From Spirochaetia bacterium (lineage in GTDB: Bacteria; Spirochaetota; Spirochaetia; DSM-2461), in NCBI GenBank assembly GCA_963668315.1, contig OY764216.1, positions 4,928,001 to 4,992,000 of the forward strand: a DNA stretch of 64,000 nucleotides. The letters run 5' to 3'. Position numbers and translations under genes: made by a program. The notes under the pieces were generated by a model. It was not told the DNA's origin. It saw nothing but the letters and a program-made list of their open reading frames with translations, and ran no database searches. Below, piece after piece: positions 49,282 through 58,250 of this stretch; the stretch's first letter is position 1; every line of letters starts with the position of its first letter.

Positions 49282-50268
49282 ATGAAAAAAGGATTTGTGC
49301 GAAGGCTGCTCTATCTGAGTATGCTTCCCGCCTCATTTTTGCTCGGCGGCTGCGAAACGACAAAGAGCGGCGAAGTTCAGAGCGATGCCATCAGTTCCGG
49401 CCCCATTACCGAACCGGTCATTACGGAGATCGGCCTGAATACCTACTGCATTAATGAGTTCGGCATGAACAGTATGTATGTACTGGTCGGCGATACGAAA
49501 GCACTGGTCATTGATACGGGCTCGGGATTCTGCGATTTCAAAAGCATCATAGGAAAAATCACCGATCTGCCCTATATAGTGGCCCTGACCCATGCCCATC
49601 CGGACCACAGCGGGGGTATAGGCGCCTTTGAAGAGATCTATATGAATACAAAAGATCTCGAATCGGCCCATATCTTTATGGATTACGATATCCGGCTGAA
49701 CTACGGCTTCATGTTTAAGGATATGCCTATCGGATACAGGGGGCTGTTCAGCTTTTCCGTCAGTGACTGTATAGACTGGGGCGATGCCTTCCCGAAAGTC
49801 AGCAATATAAAGGAAGGGGACACCTTTGACCTGGGGAACCGGACCGTCATGGTCTATGAAACACCGGGCCATACGGACGGCTCCTGCAGTTTTCTTGACG
49901 AAAACAGCCGCATTCTGTTTGCGGGAGACGCCGTCACGGTCAACTATCTGAAGAACGATACGGTTCCCTTCAGCACCGCCCTGAGAGGACTATTAAAACT
50001 GAAAGGCCTCTCCGGTCAGTATGACCGTCTTTACGGAGGGCACAGCAACTATGCCGGCATCATCGATACCTTCTCATTGCCCATGGCGGTGCTGGATGAC
50101 CAGATTCACGTCCTGAGAATGATCCTGAGCGGGGAAGGAGAAAAAGTGGAAGCCCCGAACTTCATCAACCCTTCCGAAAAGGCTTACAACGTAAGATACG
50201 GCCGGGTTAATGTACAGTTCAGCGCCACCCCCCTTTGGGAAGAGGGAGAAGAGGAGGTAATTCCCTGA
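49282..50268 (+). CDS. MBL-fold metallo-hydrolase lipoprotein
   Basis: Lipobox LGGC; VIDTG, THAHPDH, TPGHT, FAGDA; promoter TTGACA at 49187. Confidence 0.85.
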   Translation: MKKGFVRRLLYLSMLPASFLLGGCETTKSGEVQSDAISSGPITEPVITEIGLNTYCINEFGMNSMYVLVGDTKALVIDTGSGFCDFKSIIGKITDLPYIVALTHAHPDHSGGIGAFEEIYMNTKDLESAHIFMDYDIRLNYGFMFKDMPIGYRGLFSFSVSDCIDWGDAFPKVSNIKEGDTFDLGNRTVMVYETPGHTDGSCSFLDENSRILFAGDAVTVNYLKNDTVPFSTALRGLLKLKGLSGQYDRLYGGHSNYAGIIDTFSLPMAVLDDQIHVLRMILSGEGEKVEAPNFINPSEKAYNVRYGRVNVQFSATPLWEEGEEEVIP

Positions 50269-50321
50269 GCCAGGCCGGAATCACCGGGTAAAGGGGGGAG
50301 GCGCCATTCAACGGGTAGAAA

Positions 50322-52034
50322 TTATTCCCCTAACCCGTTCATGGCCCACAGCATCTTATGGAAAAGCTCCACCATGGAGGCATCCATGAAGGGGCTGACC
50401 GAACTGACATTATTCAGGTGCATGCTCGCCCGGTTTTCTTTGGTGTACTCGGGCCACTCGGGCAGTCCTTCGGCCGACGGTCTTCCCGTTTTGGCAAACT
50501 GGACCCAGGCTTCGGAAACGGTCTTGGCCAGAGCGGCCGCCTCGGGGCCTCCTTCGGTCATTTCTATACCCGCATCGGTGGTGACGTTGTCAAAGACAAA
50601 GGGAATCTCCATGGTGTGGGGAGAGTAGAGCGTGCCGTCCTGAATGGGAGACTCCCAGTCAAAGCGGTAGGCATAAACGGGAGCGGAATTTTCCGCCGAA
50701 GACCGCACATCCATGATTTCCGCCGTCAGAGCTCCCATGGCAAAATCGGAATAGATCCGGAACCACAGTGCCGAGGGGGTATGACCGGGAAAATCACGCC
50801 GGTAGATATCGAGTATCATGGAACCCGTATCGGGGCCGAACATACCGCCGATTCTCTGTTCCAGTACGGCGTCATCCAGGGAATAGGCGGCCCTGTCGGC
50901 TGTCATGAAAAGGGAGAATTCCGTGCCGTTGATACCGGCGAGAAGGGGCACATCCACACTGCTCGGCGCCGCTACGGGATCCCAGACGTGTTCGGTAATC
51001 AGCTCACCGTCAAGAACGGGCCAGAAACCGCTGGGAAAACCGGGAGCCTGCATTCCCCCGTCGCTGATCTTGGCCAGGGCACGTTCTCCGGCGTCCTGGA
51101 GGTCTTCCCAGGAGATATCATACAGTTTATCCGCCGTTTCGGGAGTCACGCCGAGTTCAATCAGTGTGGCATTGGCCAGCTCATCGGCCTCTTCGGTCGT
51201 CATGAAACGGGTCAGGGGACCGCTTTCCACGATGGCCCGCTGAAAAAGTCCTTCGGCCGAGGGGACACCCAGCATGGTGTTTACTTTCCATCCGCCGCCC
51301 GATTCACCGAATATGGTAACCAGATCGGGATCTCCGCCGAAAGCGGCGATGTTATCATGGACCCACTGAAGGGAAGCGAGGATATCCTTGATGGCCAGGT
51401 TGGAGGAATCGGCGAATTCTCCGCCCAGTACGCGGGAAAGATCGGTAAATCCGGCCGGTCCCAGACGATGGTTGATGGTGACCACAACGACATCGCCTCG
51501 GGAAGCCAGGTTCTCCCCGTCGTAAACAGCACAGGAACCGCTGCCGCTGGTCCATCCGCCGCCGTGCAGCCAAACCATAACGGGAAGGGTGCCGTCAGCC
51601 CCTTCGGGAGTCCATACATTCAAAGCCAGGCAGTTGTCGCCGTTGCTGACTTCCCCGGGTTCGATAAATGCGGTGGATACGGCGGTCTGTCCGGCCTGGG
51701 GATCGCTGGCAGGCTGGGGAGACGAATCGGCATAATGAAGGGCTTCCCGCACTCCGGTCCAGGGTTCTACCGGCCGGGGAGGGGCAAAGCGGTTCCGGCC
51801 GGCAATACTCTGAGCGTAGGGGATGCCGAGAAAGCGGATGACTCCGCCCCGGTCTTCACCTTTCACGCTGCCAGAGAGGGTTTTTACAACATCCTTCGGG
51901 GAATCCCCCCGGGAGAGAGCTCCGCCGGCCGCCCCATTATCCGTGGAACAGCCTGCAACGACCGTTGACAAAGCCAATAGCGCTGACATCACGGTTCCCC
52001 GCCATGTTCTATGAGATTTTTTTGTAACTTTCAT
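50322..52034 (-). CDS. Type-B carboxylesterase lipoprotein
   Basis: Lipobox VAGC; FLGIPYA, CLALNVWTP, WLHGGG, FGESGGG nucleophile, HTMEIPFVF. Confidence 0.9.
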   Translation of the reverse strand: MKVTKKSHRTWRGTVMSALLALSTVVAGCSTDNGAAGGALSRGDSPKDVVKTLSGSVKGEDRGGVIRFLGIPYAQSIAGRNRFAPPRPVEPWTGVREALHYADSSPQPASDPQAGQTAVSTAFIEPGEVSNGDNCLALNVWTPEGADGTLPVMVWLHGGGWTSGSGSCAVYDGENLASRGDVVVVTINHRLGPAGFTDLSRVLGGEFADSSNLAIKDILASLQWVHDNIAAFGGDPDLVTIFGESGGGWKVNTMLGVPSAEGLFQRAIVESGPLTRFMTTEEADELANATLIELGVTPETADKLYDISWEDLQDAGERALAKISDGGMQAPGFPSGFWPVLDGELITEHVWDPVAAPSSVDVPLLAGINGTEFSLFMTADRAAYSLDDAVLEQRIGGMFGPDTGSMILDIYRRDFPGHTPSALWFRIYSDFAMGALTAEIMDVRSSAENSAPVYAYRFDWESPIQDGTLYSPHTMEIPFVFDNVTTDAGIEMTEGGPEAAALAKTVSEAWVQFAKTGRPSAEGLPEWPEYTKENRASMHLNNVSSVSPFMDASMVELFHKMLWAMNGLGE

Positions 52035-52297
52035 GGTTTCTCCTTAAAAAAAATAGAGTCATGATAACAGCCGGCCAGTCACATCGTCCGGGCCGATTTC
52101 ACCCGGAAGGTTCAGAAAGATCGAGCGTTACTCCTATAAGAGTAATGATCAGGGGAAGAGAAAAGAATACCTATTTCCACATTTTGCTTGCCTATTTATA
52201 CATTGAAATTACGTTTTACCCTATATAATTGATGTATATATGCCTAATATTCATTCATTCCCGTCACCCGTCTTCCGTCGGTTCCATGAATTTATAT

Positions 52298-52355
52298 ACA
52301 GTTAATCTTTCAAGTTTAACTTGACAGTTTAACTGTATATCTTTATATTCTCCCC
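52298..52355 (+). promoter_or_regulatory. Promoter with tandem 13-bp MarR-type palindromes
   Basis: CAAGTTTAACTTG (52311), ACAGTTTAACTGT (52324), degenerate copy at 52298; TTGACA(52321)-17 bp-TATATT(52344). Confidence 0.75.
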
Positions 52356-52799
52356 ATGAATAAGGAAGCAACAGACCCCATAGATACGGCTATACTGGCA
52401 GCGGAACTGAGAGCCCAGTTGAGTAAACTGAAACGGCGGCTGAAGGAGAAAGCCGATCCGGGAAGGCTGACCTCATCCCAGATTGCCGTCATTCTGAGAC
52501 TGGAAATGACAGGCAAGGCAACCGTATCGGAACTATCACGCCTGGAAGGCATTCGTCCCCAGTCAATGAGAAACACCGTACTTTCCCTGAAGGAAGAGGG
52601 TTATATAGACGGGATATCCGATCCCGAGGATGGACGCAAAACGTTTATCTACCTAACCGACAAGGGACGGGATCTCCTGCCCCAGGGACGAACCGTGTGG
52701 AATGAATGGCTCACGGCGGCTATCTCTGATCGTCTGACTCCGGAGGAACAGATGATACTCGTCGAAGCCGTCAAGCTGATACAGCGTCTCACAGACTGA
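52356..52799 (+). CDS. MarR family regulator
   Basis: LTSSQIAVI...TVSELS...DPEDGRK...LTDKG. Confidence 0.9.
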   Translation: MNKEATDPIDTAILAAELRAQLSKLKRRLKEKADPGRLTSSQIAVILRLEMTGKATVSELSRLEGIRPQSMRNTVLSLKEEGYIDGISDPEDGRKTFIYLTDKGRDLLPQGRTVWNEWLTAAISDRLTPEEQMILVEAVKLIQRLTD

Positions 52800-52815
52800 A
52801 GAAAGAAGACAATCA

Positions 52816-54024
52816 ATGACAGCAATCATATCCATCATATTATTCATCGGGGGCCTGGGAAGCGGAATCGCCTTCCCCATACTGCCGGCCCTGGGGGAAA
52901 AACTGGGAGTCAGCAGTCTCATCATAGGGATGATTCTCTCCTCCGATAAAATCGCCCGCCTCATATTCAATCTGCCGGCGGGACAGCTCTTTCCCCGCCT
53001 GGGAATCCGGCGCATGCTCGGCGGAGCGATGGCGGGTTCTACACTGGGACTCCTCTGTTTCAGCTTTGCCATGAAGAGCAGCACACCCGCCCTCTGGCTC
53101 TTTATCGGCAGGCTGATTTACGGCACGGGAGCTTCCTTTCTTATCGTGGGTGCCCAGTCGGCCGTCCTTGAATTGACCAATGAGAAAGACCGGGGCCGTA
53201 AGATGGCCTCCGTCCGGCTCGCGGTGAACTCCGCCATCCCGGGCGGCCTGGTTCTGGGCGGTCTGGTATCCGACCTCTATTCTGATTTTGCCGCTTTTCT
53301 CGTGGGAGCCGCCATTACCCTGGGCGGAACCCTGATGGCGGTCATTCTTCTGCCCGGAAGGGATGAAAAGAGAGCCGGCCGTCACATGAGACAGGGCCCT
53401 GCTCCCGGCTTTCGGGCCATGTTCGCCCTGCCCGATACGCCCGGACTCTTTTCGGTTCTCATCCTCAATTTCCTTGTGTTTCTGACCGTCCAGGGGGCTC
53501 TCCTCTCCACCCTTGTACTCTTTCTGCAGCAGAAGGATCTTTTTCTGGGCCGATTGGGAGGCCAGGGAAGTTCCGGACTGATCATGGCCGTCATGGTCAG
53601 CTGCGCCGCCCTGTCGTCTTTTTTCGCCGGGCAGATTCTGGATCGTCTCCCCTCCCGTTCCCAGCTGATGTTCCCCGCCCTCACCGTCATGCTTCTGGGC
53701 TTTATTTTCCTTTCGCAGGCCTCTTCCATAGCTCTTGTTCTCACGGCGGCCGTTCTCATCGGCCTGACTTATAACAACCTGACAATTCCCCTGACAGCCT
53801 TCATAGGAGACAGGGTGAAATCCTCCGATCAGAGCCGCGTCATCGGGCTTTTACAGCTATTCGGCGACTTCGGCGGTATGATCGGCCCTATTCTGGGAAT
53901 AACGACGGCCTCCCGCATAGGAGTGGGAAACCTTTATCTTTTCATCGCGTTTATTTGTCTCTGCTGCATGCCGGCGGTTATCAAACTGAGCCTTACCGAA
54001 AGGAAGGCTCCCGTCCTCGGCTGA
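52816..54024 (+). CDS. MFS transporter
   Basis: 12-TM pattern; FGDFGGMIGP. Confidence 0.85.
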   Translation: MTAIISIILFIGGLGSGIAFPILPALGEKLGVSSLIIGMILSSDKIARLIFNLPAGQLFPRLGIRRMLGGAMAGSTLGLLCFSFAMKSSTPALWLFIGRLIYGTGASFLIVGAQSAVLELTNEKDRGRKMASVRLAVNSAIPGGLVLGGLVSDLYSDFAAFLVGAAITLGGTLMAVILLPGRDEKRAGRHMRQGPAPGFRAMFALPDTPGLFSVLILNFLVFLTVQGALLSTLVLFLQQKDLFLGRLGGQGSSGLIMAVMVSCAALSSFFAGQILDRLPSRSQLMFPALTVMLLGFIFLSQASSIALVLTAAVLIGLTYNNLTIPLTAFIGDRVKSSDQSRVIGLLQLFGDFGGMIGPILGITTASRIGVGNLYLFIAFICLCCMPAVIKLSLTERKAPVLG

Positions 54025-54052
54025 AGCTGAATCGAAATATCATACCAAAGGA

Positions 54053-55552
54053 GTGAGTATGGACGAAACCAGTACTCTTAAGAAACAGTCTTATAATATA
54101 GACATCCACGGCAATTCCTTTTTAAGGATTCCCCTCATCGTGACCATGCTGATAGGGTCGTTCATCGCGGTCCTGAACCAGACGATTCTCGCAACGGCGC
54201 TGCCCCAGCTGATGAATCATTTCCGGATCAATGCCAGCCAGGTGCAGTGGGTCACCACAGCCTATATGCTGACAAACGGGATCATGATCCCCATGACGGC
54301 CCTCCTGCTGGAAAAGATTTCTACAAGGAAGCTCTTTCTCTTTGCCATGACGATTTTCGGATGCGGTACGGCCCTCTGCGCCCTCTGCCCAACCTTTCAG
54401 ATCCTTTTAGCGGGAAGAATTCTGCAGGCGGTGGGAGCGGGAATCCTGATGCCCCTGGTCAATACGGTTTTCGTCCTGGTCTTCCCCCTGGAAAAAAGGG
54501 GAATGGCCATGGGAATCTACGGGCTGGTCATAAGCTTCGGCCCCGCTCTGGGACCGACTCTAGCCGGCTTCATCATTGACCGGTTCCACTGGCAGTTCCT
54601 CTTTCTCGGCCTTCTGCCCGTCATCGTCATAGATATTATCTGCGCCGTTATCCTCATGCGGGATATCGTTCCCTCCAAGGATGTGAAGATCGATGTTCTC
54701 TCCCTCATCCTTTCCGCCCTGGGTTTCGGGGGGATGCTTTTCGGATTCTCAAGCGCCGGAAGCCGCGGCTGGTCCTCCCCGGTCGTTTACCTCTGCATTA
54801 TCCTCGGATCGGTCATAGCCGCTCTCTTCGTTATCCGCCAGCTGACGATTCAAAACCCCATGCTGCGGCTGCGCGTCTTCAAATCGAGTACATTCACCCT
54901 GACCACCCTCACCGGTGCCATTATGAACATAGCCCAGGTCGCATCCACCATCATCGTGCCGATTTTCATCCAGTCCGTCCTGGGAAAATCGGCTCTGACA
55001 AGCGGGCTGGTGCTTCTTCCCGGAGCTCTCATCATGGCTTTTGTCATGCTGATCTCGGGCAATCTCTTTGATAAATACGGAGCCAAGCATCTGGTGATAC
55101 CCGGAGTAATTCTCATTACCATCTCCACGGTTCCCTTTATGTTTTTGAGCGCCCGGACAAGCATTGCCCACCTTGCGGTTTACAACGGACTGCGCTTCAT
55201 CGGCCTGGGGCTGATATTCATGACCCTCCAGACGGCCGGGATGAACGCCCTCCCCAATAATCTGATACATCACGCCACGGCCGTAATCAACACATCAAGG
55301 CAGATCATGGGCTCCATTGGAACGGCGGTTCTCATAACCATCATGTCCAACGTGGAGCTGCACAGATCACCGGCGGCATCGCTCATGCAGACGAACCCTG
55401 ACCTCTACCACGAAAACATGCTTAACGCCACCATCCACGGGATGAACGTCTCCTTTATGTGCGTTCTTGCCATGTCCCTCATCGGATTTATCTGCTCTCT
55501 CTTTTTCAGGGAGCCGGGGAAAGAGGCTGTATCCAGAAGGGAAAGCGCCTGA
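54053..55552 (+). CDS. DHA2 family MDR efflux permease (LmrB-like)
   Basis: LNQTILATALP, QWVTTAYML, GRILQAVGAG, GPALGPTL. Confidence 0.9.
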   Translation: MSMDETSTLKKQSYNIDIHGNSFLRIPLIVTMLIGSFIAVLNQTILATALPQLMNHFRINASQVQWVTTAYMLTNGIMIPMTALLLEKISTRKLFLFAMTIFGCGTALCALCPTFQILLAGRILQAVGAGILMPLVNTVFVLVFPLEKRGMAMGIYGLVISFGPALGPTLAGFIIDRFHWQFLFLGLLPVIVIDIICAVILMRDIVPSKDVKIDVLSLILSALGFGGMLFGFSSAGSRGWSSPVVYLCIILGSVIAALFVIRQLTIQNPMLRLRVFKSSTFTLTTLTGAIMNIAQVASTIIVPIFIQSVLGKSALTSGLVLLPGALIMAFVMLISGNLFDKYGAKHLVIPGVILITISTVPFMFLSARTSIAHLAVYNGLRFIGLGLIFMTLQTAGMNALPNNLIHHATAVINTSRQIMGSIGTAVLITIMSNVELHRSPAASLMQTNPDLYHENMLNATIHGMNVSFMCVLAMSLIGFICSLFFREPGKEAVSRRESA

Positions 55553-55625
55553 GACATTTATTCAGAAAAAAGTGGCCGATTCTCCCAGCCGTGATAGAAT
55601 GAAGGAAACGATGAGGAGGATATTC

Positions 55626-55874
55626 ATGGAATATCAGTTAGTCGCGATTAAAGTCGGACAGAGAGAAGATACGGCGACACAGGTGCAATCTATCCTTACG
55701 TCCTTCGGCTGCCATATCAAAGTGAGGCTGGGTCTTCATGATCTGCCCGAAGGCGCCTGTTCGCCCATGGGGCTGATCATCCTTCAGGTTACGGCCCCTG
55801 AGGATGAGGTGGAGACCTTCACCGATAAGCTGAACGCCCTGGACGGGGTCACCGCCCGCACGCTCACCATCTAG
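55626..55874 (+). CDS. Small ACT/NikR-C-like protein (TM1266 'iron-only hydrogenase regulator'-like)
   Basis: SD GAGGAGG; VQSILTSFGCHIKVRLGLH...KLNALDGV. Confidence 0.65.
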   Translation: MEYQLVAIKVGQREDTATQVQSILTSFGCHIKVRLGLHDLPEGACSPMGLIILQVTAPEDEVETFTDKLNALDGVTARTLTI

Positions 55875-55922
55875 CCCGTTCGATGCGGCTTGAACGGCTC
55901 GGATAGCCTCTGCCGGGATATC

Positions 55923-55951
55923 TTGACGCAGTTCCGAATTGGTTGTATATA
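55923..55951 (+). promoter_or_regulatory. sigma70 promoter
   Basis: TTGACG(55923)-17 bp-TATATA(55946). Confidence 0.55.
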
Positions 55952-55957
55952 AACCGT

Positions 55958-56135
55958 ATATTCAAGTCGCAGACAACGGACCCGAAAAGCTAACAATGTC
56001 TGCCTCATTTTTCAGTGCAGGAATAGGTGTTGTGTTGATGTATTTGAGGTATCGGGTAAGCGGTTACTGCGCCATAAAGGCAGCTCCCCGGCAAACTGTT
56101 CTCTCTTTCCGATTCATCAGCGGCTGTTCCTCACG
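55958..56135 (+). ncRNA. Candidate structured 5' leader RNA, family unrecognised
   Basis: Stem GCAGACA/TGTCTGC plus a nested rod of helices spanning 56019-56131 that ends just before the SD. Confidence 0.4.
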
Positions 56136-56147
56136 GAGGAGTTTACT

Positions 56148-56741
56148 ATGATGCATCCGGACAGCAGACTGGAATTTATCAGCCAGGAGATCGGGTTCGG
56201 CGTTTTTGCTACAAAACGGATACCGAAGGGAACCATAACCTATGCTTTGGATGAGCTGGAACTTATCATTGATGAATATCAATATGACAGAATGAATTCC
56301 GTCCTGCGCCAGAAGGTGGACTGGTTCTCCTACCGGGACGAAAACAACCGGAGGGTCGTCAGCTGGGATATGGCCAAATACGTCAACCACAGCTGCCACA
56401 GCAATACGATGACCACCGGCTGGGGATTTGAGATTGCCCTGAGAGACATCGAGGCGGGAGAAGAGATTACCGACGATTACGGGCTCTTCATGGGTTCCGA
56501 TGAAAGCATGCCCCTCGGCTGCGGAGAGCCCGACTGCCGCCGTATCGTATCCGGTCAGGACCGGTTTTCATGGGGAGAGGTCTGGGACGGCAAAATCCGG
56601 GATGCCCTGGATAAGTTTACGGCCGTGGACCAGCCGCTGCTCTCACTCCTGGATGAATCGGTCGTTCAGAGTCTCAAGGCCTATCTGCAGGGCAAAGGGG
56701 AGTATCGTTCCGTCTGCCCCGTCATTGACTCGGTCGGTTAA
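56148..56741 (+). CDS. SET domain protein (lysine methyltransferase-like)
   Basis: GFGVFA, YVNHSC, IALRDIEAGEEITDDY, post-SET-like CGEPDCR. Confidence 0.9.
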   Translation: MMHPDSRLEFISQEIGFGVFATKRIPKGTITYALDELELIIDEYQYDRMNSVLRQKVDWFSYRDENNRRVVSWDMAKYVNHSCHSNTMTTGWGFEIALRDIEAGEEITDDYGLFMGSDESMPLGCGEPDCRRIVSGQDRFSWGEVWDGKIRDALDKFTAVDQPLLSLLDESVVQSLKAYLQGKGEYRSVCPVIDSVG

Positions 56742-56749
56742 GACAGGGA

Positions 56750-58243
56750 TTACAGCTCGGAATGGAGAAGATTCCTGACGGCCTTCCGCCATCCGGAATA
56801 ATTCCTATCCCGCCATTCGGGGGACTGCTTCGGGGAGAACTCCCTTTCCGTCTCCCGAAGCGCTTTTATCTCCTCCAGATTTTTCCAGATTCCCATGGCC
56901 AGGCCGCCCATATACATGGCTCCCGTGGCGGATAACTCTTCAATTTTGTTTCTTACGACAAGAACATTCAGCATATCCGCCTGGAACTGCATGAGAAAGT
57001 TATCCCGTGTCGGCCCGCCGTCCACACGCAGTTCGGCCGGTTCAATACCCGATTCGTCCGCCATGGCGTTGAGGACATCCATGATCTGGTAGACAATGGA
57101 CTCCTCCGCCGCCCGGGCGATGTGGGCTCTCTTTGTCCCCCGGGACATATGGGAAATAACGGCCCTCACCTCGCTGTTCCAGTGGGGAGCGCCCAGCCCG
57201 GTCAAGGCGGGAACGATATATACGCCCTGGTTATCCTCCACCGAAGCGGCCAGGCCCCCCACCTCTTTGGAGGAGCCGAAAAGCTCGATATCGTCTACCA
57301 GCCACTTGATAGTGGCACCGGAACAGTTGACATTTCCCTCCAGGACATAAACGACTTCATGGTCAACGGAGTAGCCGACGGAAGTCACCACATTTTCCGA
57401 ATCAATCGGCTTCGTCCCTATGTTCATCATAACCGAAGACCCCGTGCCGTAGGTTGCTTTGGTCATCCCCTTCTCTGTACAGCACTGCCCGAAGAAAGCC
57501 GCGTGGGAATCGCCCAGCACTCCCGCTACGGGAATGGTCTTATCAAACAGTCCCGCCGCCGTTTCCCCCAGGAGGGTGTTGGAACTTTTTACTTCGGCCA
57601 TCATGGAAAGGGTCAGATCGAACATTTTCAGAAGTTCCTCATCCCATGTCAGGGTATGGATATTGAATAGCTGGGTCCGGCTGGCGTTGGAATAATCTGT
57701 GCTGTGGACCCTGCCGCCCGTCAGTTTCCAGACGAGGTAGCTGTCCATGGTACCGAACAGAAGGTCATCCTGATTCACATTGGAATTCCCGGCTACGCAG
57801 TTCTCCATAATCCACTTGGCCTTGGCGGCGGAAAAATAGGGGGACAGGACAAGACCGGTTTTCTTCTTCACCGCCGGCGCCGCTCCCTCCTTCTCCAGCT
57901 TTCGGCAGATTTCCTCCCCTCTCTGGCACTGCCAGACAACCGCATTCATAACGGGCTTCCCCGTTGCCTTATTCCAGACCATGGTCGTTTCCCGTTGGTT
58001 GGAGATGGAAATACAGATAATTTCACCGCTGTCCGTTCCGGCCATCTCCATCACCTTGTTCATGGCTTTCAAGGTGTTTTCAAAGATCTCCTCCGGATCA
58101 TGCTCCACCCATCCGGGCCGGGGATAGAACTGTTTATGACCTTCGTCGTGACGGCACACCAGCTGCCCGCCCCTATCGAAAATGAGAGCCTTGGTTCCCG
58201 ATGTTCCCTGATCGATCGTTAAAAAATATTTCCTGTCAGCCAT
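56750..58243 (-). CDS. aplK: FGGY kinase, probable D-apulose kinase (GlpK-like)
   Basis: IDQGTSGTK, NQRET, TDYSNASRT, KATYGTG, VDGG; operon context with split transketolase and isomerase. Confidence 0.7.
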   Translation of the reverse strand: MADRKYFLTIDQGTSGTKALIFDRGGQLVCRHDEGHKQFYPRPGWVEHDPEEIFENTLKAMNKVMEMAGTDSGEIICISISNQRETTMVWNKATGKPVMNAVVWQCQRGEEICRKLEKEGAAPAVKKKTGLVLSPYFSAAKAKWIMENCVAGNSNVNQDDLLFGTMDSYLVWKLTGGRVHSTDYSNASRTQLFNIHTLTWDEELLKMFDLTLSMMAEVKSSNTLLGETAAGLFDKTIPVAGVLGDSHAAFFGQCCTEKGMTKATYGTGSSVMMNIGTKPIDSENVVTSVGYSVDHEVVYVLEGNVNCSGATIKWLVDDIELFGSSKEVGGLAASVEDNQGVYIVPALTGLGAPHWNSEVRAVISHMSRGTKRAHIARAAEESIVYQIMDVLNAMADESGIEPAELRVDGGPTRDNFLMQFQADMLNVLVVRNKIEELSATGAMYMGGLAMGIWKNLEEIKALRETEREFSPKQSPEWRDRNYSGWRKAVRNLLHSEL

Positions 58244-58250
58244 GATTTCC

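Noticed and set aside
55958..56135. SRP RNA, 6S RNA, SAM-I riboswitch or retron msr-msd
   Set aside because: It lacks the SRP helix-8 motif, a symmetric 6S bubble, the SAM-I core and any adjacent reverse transcriptase.
56750..58243. Plain glycerol kinase glpK
   Set aside because: No glpF/glpD nearby; the context and altered motifs (WQC, GDSHAA) favour an apulose-type kinase, though this is unproven.
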